Part shown: positions 14,703 through 25,400 of the stretch, one piece after another | Numbering within the stretch: the first letter of the stretch is position 1 | How the letters are laid out: each line of letters begins with the position of its first letter | DNA from: Azolla caroliniana | Taxonomy: Eukaryota; Plantae; Polypodiophyta | Assembly: GCA_043228905.1 (NCBI GenBank) | Contig: JBHGNT010000003.1 | Coordinates: 24,800,001 to 24,864,000 of the forward strand | Direction of reading: 5' to 3' | DNA length: 64,000 nt | Notes under the pieces: generated by a model | Told to the model about the DNA's origin: nothing | What the model saw: only the letters and a program-made list of their open reading frames with translations | Databases searched by the model: none | Made by a program: the position numbers and the translations under genes

Positions 14703-14890
14703 CTGGTGAGGCGGTGAAGAGAAACGGAACAGAACAAAAGAAGCCTCTCAGAGAGAGAGAGAGAGAGAGGCACAGAGAGGAGAATTGGAGGCATGGAGGG
14801 TCTCTCTCTTCCATTTCAGTTGTTTTTTTTTTTTGTTCTTTTAACCCCTTCCTTTTTTTTCTTTGAGTATGTATGTATTTCTTTTGCAAA
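14703..14890 (-). other. Putative non-coding first exon (5' UTR) of the MSL gene
   Basis: On the minus strand a CT-rich leader ends in a strong donor CCAG|GTAATA at 14703/14702; candidate acceptors lie at ~12050 or ~11972, upstream of the ATG. Inference without transcript data. Confidence 0.5.
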
Positions 14891-15779
14891 GAGACGCCAA
14901 AGTAATAAATAAATAAAATTGTGTGTGTTTTATCAATTCTTTTAGGACTAAGGTATCCAATCCGGCCACTAATGTTTTGTTACTATTCGTTGAAACATGA
15001 TCAGACTGACACGAAGAGGCCCCGAGAATTCCCCATTAAGAATCGCCACAAACTCCAGGGTCCAACAATGCAAAAAGGCGCAAAAGAGGTTGCACTTAAA
15101 TAACCTGGTCACTGATCTTTTGTTATTATTTGTTGGAACACGATCAGACTGACATGAAGAGGCAGGAGTTCTCCATTAAGAATCGCCTCTGTGGCATTCG
15201 TGACTTGACTTGTTGGGCCCCCCTTTTCATTCATTAGATGATGCGTGTTGGAGTTTAACCCCCAATATTTGACTACAAGGGACTTGAGTAGCCACCAACA
15301 AACACCTCATCCCCAACATTTGACAACAAGGGATTGGAACACCTTCAAATAGTGTGATCTTCCTCTTAGCATGTAAACTTGGGTTCCACACATTAGTTTC
15401 AATAGTTGGTGACTACCCTTTCACTATTACTTGTGTAAACTAGTCTTGCATGCGCAACAATTTCACTACCCAAGCATTTACATTAGTTCACACCACTTGA
15501 AGGTGCCACATTGTCCTACTCTCAATGTCCTTCTTGAGGCAATGGCAAGGAAACCATGAGCAATGATGTCCTACGTCGAATCTTTTTTGCACTAAGTCTT
15601 TCTTGCTTATGAACTCTAACACGTGCCTTAATTAGACAACATAAAGCTTTAGAATATTAGAAATGAGGGATAATAATAGTATAGTGTGATGTACTCTTTC
15701 AAAACCAAGAGGTTTTTAAGAAGAGATGGGAAAGGTTGAACGTCTTCTTTGTGTTTAATGTTTGTATACGTTGGAGATA

Positions 15780-16040
15780 TCATGCACCTCTTGGGGTATT
15801 TCCTTCACCGACACTAGGCATGTGGTCATTTACTTATGGAAAGGGAAAGGAAATTCATGAGGAGATCATCAACAAGGGATTACTAGAAAAACATGTTGTA
15901 TTGTACTTAGCAATTGCTTTGGTAGATATGTATGCAAAAAGTGGTGAACTAATGAATGTTTGTGGTAGCCTAAGAGCAATTGAAAAAGGTAAAAAAATCC
16001 ATGATAAAGTTGTTAAGAATATTTGGAAGTGTCCATGTAT
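15780..16040 (+). pseudogene. PLS-class PPR gene debris
   Basis: GKGKEIHEEIINKGLLEKHVV...ALVDMYAKSGEL...CGSLRAIEKGKKIH are typical PPR L/S motif pieces joined by deletions. Confidence 0.75.
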
Positions 16041-16462
16041 CATTTAAATCACTTTAGACATAATATAAACCATTGTTAGAAAAATAATTATAATAATAGT
16101 ATAACGTGACACCTCAAATTTAATAGATGATTGGAGAAATTCCTTTTTTGATATTACAACCATAGTATGTAAAATTCGTGCTCGTCAGGCTTATCATTCG
16201 TTTTCCTACGTTGGAAAACGAACACGAATGATATTAAAAAGTTCGTTTGTTTTTTTTTCATTTTTTCATTTTTTATTTCGTTTTTTCCCTCTTTTTCCCT
16301 CTTCTTCTCTGCACGTAACGTTATGCTCTCCTCTCCTCTCCCACCTAGCCTCCAACGATCTGCATAGTGCACACTGCTTACCAAGTTTCAACGATTCACG
16401 ACATTCAGGTATGATTAGAATTTAGGTTTAATAATCGTTATTAGGGTTTAAATTTCCAAAAC

Positions 16463-16670
16463 AAAATTTCAGAAATTTCAGCCATGAAATTTCAGAGATG
16501 AAATGTCTGAAATTTCTGAGATTTCATGTCTGATCATCTCTGAAATTTCAGAGATTTCATGTCTGATCATCTTTGAAATTTCAGAGATGAAATCTCTGAA
16601 ATTTCATGGCTGAAATTTAAGAGATGATCAAACATGAAATTTCAGAGATGAAATGTCTGAAATGTCTGAA
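16463..16670. repeat. Palindrome-built minisatellite of TGAAATTTCA(GAGA) units
   Basis: Repeated palindromic TGAAATTTCA; perfect 27-bp inverted repeat 16473-16499 / 16592-16618. Confidence 0.85.
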
Positions 16671-17289
16671 AAAATGCATATTATTATTAAGAAGGTAATG
16701 TGTTTTCTTTTTGCAATTTTTAAAAAAAAAAAAATCTTATAGTAAATAGTTTAACCAAAAGTATGGTATTTATCATTCTTCGAGGGTGTTTACCCTTCTT
16801 GAATGATTGAATCATTCTCGAACGACGAATGCACGCATGGTACGCATGGTTCATACTATGATTACAACAATATACATGATGGTTCATTTATGGATGATCA
16901 ACTATTACAACTACAACACTTTGCGCTTCAATACATATTCATGGTGGGACATTACTCTATCATTGAAGTTTAGTAACTTGCTCAATGGGCCACCCAAACT
17001 AGGGCCATTTCTCTATTAAGATAGTCTTTAAACCCAAGTGTACGACTGCAACTTGTTGACTACTACACATCCATTAAATAGTCAACATCAATACATCAAT
17101 TTCAAATCACTTCTGAATTAATTAAGCACATTCTTTTACAACAATCAATACATTATACACAATGCGACACTTTGTTTTTCATGTCTACAGTGTACACCTA
17201 TGATGTTTTTGCGAAATTCTCAAACTACCCTTCCTCCCCCTTTGTATTGTTGTAGGAAAATATTCCCATATTATGCCCCAAACTTTTCA

Positions 17290-17292
<3 letters not shown>

Positions 17293-17329
<37 letters not shown>

Positions 17330-17355
17330 TCACACACTCACACTCACACTCATAC
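17293..17355. repeat. (CT)n plus (CACACT)n microsatellite
   Basis: Direct reading. Confidence 0.9.
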
Positions 17356-17992
17356 TCTCTATCTATCATTTTCTTGATAGTAGTAGTATGTTATTAATAT
17401 ATCAAGCACAAGGTTATAAAGCTTTTTCTATAAGGGTGGTTGCACCATTGAATCCACAAACATCCAAACACCTTTAGTTATGAATTTATTAAAGTATTTG
17501 ATTCCTTGAAATGGAATCACCTCCTCTTGAGGTTATAAGTTTACATAAACAGCTTTGTAAATGTAGTACTTGTCTAATATTTGAAAACAATCCTCAAGCT
17601 AAACTCCTAGAATTGCTTAAAATGTACGTTTCACGCTTCACCCATACATGCTCAAAGTTTATTCACTTGCCAACCATTTGTGCCATCACTTTTGTGCGAA
17701 TTAGATAACATTGTCTTGGACATGAGGTGAAGTGCTCGGATACCCATTTTGGACACTGTTGTCTCAAAGAGTTTACGTGAATCAAGGTATTGTATACTAT
17801 TGTTACGCACCACTTTTGGCATTTTAAGTTTGCATCATGGCGTTTTAAAAGATTATCTATCCCTACACATTATTCTTTCCAACAAGCATGTGCACTCGCA
17901 ATTTGAAAAATCATTCATAAAATTGTTGAGCATTGAGAGTCACTTGTCAATTCCACATACACATAACAAAATGTTTGATATGCCATGGTGGA

Positions 17993-18114
17993 CAATTGAA
18001 AACCAAAATTAGAATGATATGTTTGACTTTTAGGCAATTGCAAACAAAAATTAGAATGATATGTTTGACTTTTAGGCAATTGCAAACAAAAATTAGAATG
18101 ATATGTTTGACTTT
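17993..18114. repeat. 42-bp tandem repeat, about 2.9 copies
   Basis: Unit caattgcaaacaaaaattagaatgatatgtttgacttttagg; visible as repeated QLQTKIRMICLTFR in ORF 17933..18226. Confidence 0.92.
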
Positions 18115-19480
18115 GCTCACTGAGGTTCTCTCTCTCTCTCTCTTTGTTTTTTTTATATATTGTTTTGGAGAAATAAATATCAATGCTTACAATATGTCAA
18201 AATCATTTTATGACATACAATCATGATTAAAATATATGGGTGAATCCAAATATTTCATCATGAAACAAAAATAAAACCTTTTGGTTTTCGTAACATCCAC
18301 GACATCAATATCGATACACGAGAGAGAGGTGATAGACAAAGAGAGGTTGGAGAGGACATGGAAGTTTTCAAGATATTCGAGAAATGAAGTCTTGAATTAT
18401 TCAATAGAATGCTCGAGTTTCTTGGAAGAAAAAATCAAAGGGTCAATATCGGACGATGTGCACCCCCTCTCCCACTTCACCTTGTGCTCCTCCAAGACAA
18501 ACACTTCATTGTGATGCTTGGGGGACAATTTTGGCCCAGATAGCTTGGCATTGTTCGACTCAAAATGTGATGTTCATTTATCCAAGTAGTCAAGCCTTGA
18601 GTATTTCAGTTATTTATTGGTGAGCAAATTTCTTGTGGTGAACAGACTCTTGTAGTGAGTGCACCAGTACTAGGTACGACTTGATGCCATGACGGTGGTA
18701 TGGGACACTGATCAAGGCTCGAGTACATCTCGATCCCTTTCGCTCGGGTGGATCAACACCCTTCTTTCACTCTCTTTTTCTTGACTGCCTATACTACATT
18801 TCCTTATGTCATGCTTACGCTAGAAATAATCTCTAATAAATTTCTCACCGGAGCTTGTAAAATCGCACTACGCCGCCCTTGGTACGTGGCGCATGGATAT
18901 TCTCTGTGCGACATTGGACGGGTTCCATGGTATGTATGTATACAGTATAGGTATGTATGTACAAGTATGTATAGGTATACGACACGATCCAATGCCTTTT
19001 TTTTGTTGTGTGTGTTGTCCGTGCAAATATTTATCGTAGTAGCAGGACACTTCCTGATTGTGCCCAATGGTCTTTTTTTTTCTTTTGGCTTGTATGAAGT
19101 GTTTTTTGTTTTGGGAGCCCATGAACTTTAGAGGAACTTTAGGGGGGGGGGGATTTTCATTTTTCCATACTGCTACAAAATTTCTTAAGACCTGCAGAGT
19201 GGGGCCTCCACCTCCAAATTGATTTGATTCGTAAAACAGACTCCGATGACTTTTTAGATTCCTCCCCCCCCTCAGCAATTCCCGCACGTTTCTCCAAAAA
19301 AAGAAGCTTCAATGCAGTGATCGAAGGTGTCAACCCACCCCCCCATTTTTTGACAGTTTCTTCCTTGGGATTTCTTCCTCTTGCCATGGCCAGAATCTTC
19401 TTCTCCAGGTATCTCATCCAGAGAAAGGGGTAGCTCCCCCTCATTTAGTAAAGAAGGATCAGGTCCGGCCTTCTCACACC

Positions 19481-22400
19481 ATGCCAATGGCGCTCCATCC
19501 ACACCATTTTCAGAACATGCTCCACTCGTATTTGAATGTGCTGACCGTACTGCTCCTCTGTTCTGGAATCGTCAACTTCTCGCGTGCGGCTGCCATCACT
19601 GACCCTGGTGAAGGTACTTCTTTTACTTCTCCTACTTTTGAAGGAGCTTTCATAGCGTGGATTTAATGTGTGAAAATATATAAGAGTTCAAGTGCCCAAA
19701 TTAGATGCTTTTGTAGTCTTTTTTTCTCTGAAGAGAGTCTTTTAGTGGAGGTAGAAGATATTAAATGCAAACATTTAGATGATATATATACATATGTGTG
19801 TGTGTGTGTGTGAAGGAGGTTTGGTGTACCAAATACATTATTTCCATGGTATTGTTTTCGTTTTGAAGGATGTTTGAGAGAGTAAAAAGTGTGAAATACA
19901 AAAATTAAGGTGGATCTTGTGGGGTTGTGTGACAGTCAAAGATGTCAAATACAAAGATTTCAGATGGTATTTTTCTTTTCTTGAAAGGGGGATTTCATAA
20001 AGAAAGAAAAATATATACACATATTTTAAGAGGTCCAAATGGCCTGTGAGACTTAACAACATATTTCATCATAAAATGTGATGTGATGGCCAATTGTGCA
20101 TGTGATGACCTCTGATAACCCTCATCGACATCTAAACACATCCCAGTGCTTGGTCATATAATGCACGTATTGCATTTGTCATGTCAGCAGGAATTCTTAG
20201 TGCATGGAGTTTGTGTAGGAGACATTCCATTCATACAGTTTCAAAGGTATTGCAAAGATGCAATAACCAGTCATTCTATCTTTTCATTTTTGCTTCTGCT
20301 GAGATAGAAAGAGTACCCCTTTCGATCGGTTTCGGAGTATTCGCATGCCAAGGATGTGATTTGCATCACCAAGATCCTTCATAACAAAGCTGCCATGAAG
20401 CTTTGCTTCAATGAATCCAAGGCATGAATATCCTTGCCAGCAATCAAGATATCATCAACATACAAAACCAAGATAATCAGGCTGCCATCTCCTGCCTTCT
20501 TGGTGTACAAGCAGTAGTCTACTTGACTTCTACGAAAACCTTGAGACTGCATAGATGCATCAAATTTATGATACCATTCTCTCGGTGCTTGTTTCAACCC
20601 ATACAAACTCCTTTTGAGCTTACAAACCATCTTCTCTTTGCCTTTAGCCACAAAACCTTCAGGCTGCTGCATATATATGTCTTCATGCAGATCGCCATGT
20701 AAAAAGGCGGTCTTGACATCCATCTGTATGAGCTCCATATCTTCAGCTGTAACTAAGCCCAAAATGATTCTTAATGTAGTCATCTTGACTACAGGCGAGA
20801 AGATCTCATCAAAATCAACTCCATATTCCTGCTTGTATCCTTTTGCAACCAATCTTGCTTTGTACTTTGGCGAGGAATAAAAAATGACCTTCATTTTATA
20901 AACCCATTTGCATGGAACTGTTTTCTGCCCTTTAGGCAATTGCACCAAATCCCAAGTGTCATTTTTCTCAAGAGATTCCATCTCTAACAACATGGCTTTA
21001 TACCATTTCTTATTGTCCTGTCTGTCCATTGCTTCCTTGAAGCAAGTCGGTTCGCCACAATCAGTTACCATGACATAATCAGCCACATTGTTTGCATCAG
21101 GAACAAATCTGTCAGGCTGTCTAGTAACTCTAGACGATCTCCTAACCCAATGCTCATTGTTTGGTAGCTGTTGAGCCTGCAAATCATCATTTTCAATTTG
21201 CAGTCCAGGCATTTCAGCCTGCAAATCAGCATTCACAGCTTGCTGTTCTAGCTGTTCCTGCACATTTGGTGGCTCATCATTATTGGCAAAGGCTGGCTGA
21301 TCATTTCCAACCTCATTTTCTGCATTTGCAGGTAATTTTACAGCAGGTGTTTGCTGCTGTACAGCGGGCACATTTTCCTGTCTAAAAGGTATTTCTTCTT
21401 GGAATACAACCCTACGTACTTCCTCAGTCTTTTCGGGTTGTTTATGCATGAGATTTTCCCGGAAGATAACATCATTGCTGCACACTATTTTTCTTTTCTC
21501 GGGATCCCACAATCTATACCCCATTTCACCCTCGTCACCGTATCCTAGGAAAATACATTTGCAGGACTTTGGCTCAAGTTTGTTGCGTTGTTCTTTACGA
21601 ATGTGCACAAAAGCCTCACAGCCAAACACTCTCAAGTGAGCATATGAAGGTGGCTTGCCCAACCACGCTTCTTGGGGTATTCTCCCTCCCAAAGACCTGT
21701 TAGGTGACCGATTAATCAAGTGAACAGCTGTCATAATAGCCTCTGCCCAAAAACCATAGGGTATCACAGCATGAGACAGCATAGTACGGACCTTATCTTG
21801 AATAGTCCGATTCATATGCTCTGCAACTCCATTTTGGGGTGGATTATAAGGGGTAGTGAGTTCCCTCTTTATCCCTTTGCTGTCACAAAATGCTTGAAAA
21901 GCCTTGGACACATATTCCCCACCATTGTCAGAGCGAAGACACTTAAGTGTCTTATCAATTTGATTCTCAACTAATGCCAAAAATGTTCGAAATTTGTCGA
22001 CCACTTCATCCTTGCTACGAATAGGGTAAACCCATACCTTCCGTGTCGCATCATCGACAAAAGTGACTAAGTATTTCTTTCCCCCTAATGATAGCCCTGG
22101 CATCTGACATACATATGAATGTACTAACTCAAGCGGGGACGACTTCAACGAAAGAGACTTTTTATGAGATGTTTGTACATGTTTACCATAAATGCAATGA
22201 ATACATTGTTCAAAATCGGCATAACGAAGACATGGCAAGTAACCCAAACAAGAAAGTACTTTCATACCAATTTCACTCATGTGTCCCGACCGGCCATGCC
22301 ACAAAGAAACACCATGTCGACCCCCTGTGTAATCTGAAAACCACTCATGATGAGGAGTGACGTGAAAAGAAGCACCGGAATCGAGTATCCAAGTGTCCAT

Positions 22401-25400
22401 GTCACCATCCGTATCTGCAAGTAAAGCATGTTCTCTATGGCATGATGAAACAAAGAGTACATCATTTCCACTATCACTATCATGAGTGACTACATTCACC
22501 TCTTCAATTTTAGTATTGCCTTTCCTCGGTTGAATGTCCCTCTTTTCTGCTATGAAATCATCTATCTTCTTGCCCTTTCCTTTCTCTTTCTTCCATTTGA
22601 AACAATCACGTTTAAAGTGACCCTTTTTGCCACATTGATGGCATTCTACATCTTTACCACGTGATTTACTACGGCCATAACTATTAGATTTGCCTCTTTG
22701 TTGTGACCTACCCCTCATATGCAATGCACTAGAGGACTTATTGGATGCATTATTTTGCCGACTCATCTCTTCCATGAGTAGAGAACTCTCTACATCGGCA
22801 TAAAGAAGCATCGCATTTGAATTGCTCATAGTAGTCCTGAAAGTATCCCAACTTTCTGGCAAGGTGCAAAGTAAAAACGTGGCCTTAAACTCATCATCGA
22901 TGATGAATTTTAAGGCAACCAACTGGCTAAAAATGGAATTGAACTCACTCAGGTGAGTTGACATGGGTGTGGCCTTTGTCATACGCAAATCCATAAGTTT
23001 CTTAAGCCAATAAACTTTGCTAGATGCCTTCTTTTGGGCATATAGTTCCTCTAGTCTAATCCATATAGAATAGGCGGAGTCCAAACCTTTGATATTAAAA
23101 AGCAAGGCATCTGAAATCGACAACTCAATAGTCGAGCGTGCAAGCTCATTCAACTCTTGCCAATCATCTTCATCCATATCTATAGGCTTTACTCCTTTGA
23201 CTTTTATAGGCTTTGCATGCTTCTTTTGTAGCAGGATGTTGTAGCACTGCTTTTTCCAAACCGCAAAGTTATGTACACCCTCAAGCTTCTTGATGTGCAT
23301 AAGGTGGCTAATATCACTACTGCTAGTCATGGTTTCTTAGCCCAAATGGAGGACCAAACCTGCTCTGCAGAAAACGTGACCTGCTCTGCAGAAACCCTAA
23401 ACTCTGCATACCCTTAAGCTTCTTGATGTGCATAAGGTGGCTACTATCACTACTGCTAGTCATGGTTTCTTAGCCCAAATGGAGGACCAAACTTGCTCTG
23501 CAGAAAACGTGACCTGCTCTGCAGAAACCCTAAACTCTGCTTTGCAGAAAACCCTAATCTCTGCACTTGCCCTAATCTCTGCTCTGCAGAAAACCTTAAA
23601 CTCTGCTCTGTAGAAAACCCTAAACGCTGCCTACAGAAAACTCTAAACTCTACTCTGCAGAAAACCCTAAACTTTTCTCTGCATAGAACCCTAAACCCTG
23701 CTCTGATACCAGTTTGAAGGCAGTATGAGGATTAGGGTTTAGGTCAAAAACAGAGAGGGAGAGAGTCTGAGTGAGAAAGAAAGAAAGAAAGATATATTAA
23801 CGTCTTTTAAGAGGCCAAAATGGCCTATAAGACCGAATAAGAGATTACATCTTAAATGTTTCCTCGTCTTTGAGAACAAATCAAAATAAAGTAAATATTA
23901 CATAGTAAATATAAAAGTAAATAAGATGAAAAGGAAAGAGACGAGAGAATCTGGTTTTTGGCACATGCGAGTTTCTCAAGTTAGGTATATTGTAGCTTTT
24001 GTCTCCGAAAGATCTCTATCATAGGTCAATCCAGAATGGAAATGTCTCCGAAGCGAGGGAAGCACCTACGATGGTGGGAGATAATGGCTTTTATTTGTCG
24101 ATGACAAGGGTGTCGAGGTCGTGGTCCATTGGGCCGGGGCCTACGTGCACGGCAAATTGCCATTGCCTGATCAATCGTAAACCCTTTGTTATTATATCTT
24201 GGTCTGGATCCCATTTCTGTATCCTGGGGTTGACTTCTAGCATTAGGAGTGATGGAGCTAAAGAAAGTTGTGATTGTTCTTTGTGGATGAGCTTGTGTGG
24301 CTGTATTTTTCAACAACTTTTCCCGATGTCTCTTGAGCTCGAGCAAGAAAAGTCCTAGGCATCTTTGGTCCTCATATTCCATTACCTTGCGTAGTGGGCC
24401 AAAGCCTTGTTTAAAGAGGCAATGGTATCTCCCTCTGATTTCATAAAAGACACTACAATGACAAACATAGTGTTCTTCAGATTCCACTCCTTGATGACAC
24501 AATTGGCAAATTCTCTCTTCTAGAGGTAGTCGTGTATATCTGCCCACCTCAATCTGTAGTTGATGTGATGAGGTTCGCAACTGCCCTATCACACTACGCA
24601 GCGCACAGGATAGATGTATGTCCATATAAGGTGGCCTTATGACAAATCCATCCTCCGATGTATGTAAGAAATGTTTCTTATAGTGGGCCATCTTTGTACC
24701 AAGTGGTATTTTGGGGTTGATCCATGTTATCTTGTTTTCTAAGTTAATAATATCAGTTCGGATCACTCTATTCTTTTCCACTTTGGTCATATTGAGATGG
24801 GGACAATCCAAGCTATATTGGAACGGGGGTAGTGCATTATACTCATGCTATGTGACTTGAACCATTGCTGCATTTCAGCATACCAACAATGAGTGTCTCC
24901 ATTTTCAGCCAGTTGTCTTGATGACATAAGTGCCAACCTTGGGTACCTTCGTTTAGGGAGCTCCCAAAGACATTGGATAAATGTCACTGATCGGAATAAT
25001 GCCTCGGTTATTATAGGTGCTGCTCCCATCTCTGCCCGGATTATATCGTGGGGCACCGATGCTTTGGTCCTTATCATGCGAGCAATCATTGACACTAAAG
25101 GTCTCTCTAAATCTTTCCAATGATTTGCCTTGTTAAGACTCGGTCCCCATGTCTCTACTCCATAGAGAAGATTTGGTGTGACAAGTGTATCAAATAACCA
25201 TAGCTTAGTCCGTGGCTCTTGGAATTGCAAATGTGCACATTGTCTTTCGAGAGCACCAAGGGCTGCATATCCACAAGAAAGTCGGGCACAAGCGGACTCC
25301 TGTAAGGAGAACCTAGGTCCTGTAAATGTTACTCCTAGGTATGTGTAGGAGCGTGTGTATTCCACCTTTTCCTCTCCCAAGAAGAATTCTGGTTCTGATC

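Noticed and set aside
17993-18114. 42-bp repeats as a CRISPR array
   Set aside because: Head-to-tail units without spacers, eukaryotic context, no cas genes
17480-18800. Possible old copia gag (~17500-17800) and gypsy/chromodomain (~18550-18800) remnants on the minus strand
   Set aside because: Only faint, stop-ridden motif resemblance; cannot be supported without a search
18748-19602. Cluster of overlapping ORFs upstream of the RLK
   Set aside because: No recognisable motifs; more likely promoter and 5' UTR sequence. Only 19481..19613 fits as the signal-peptide exon.
23380-23700. Interstitial telomere
   Set aside because: AAACCCTAA occurs singly within ~22-bp units of the copia leader, not as (TTTAGGG)n
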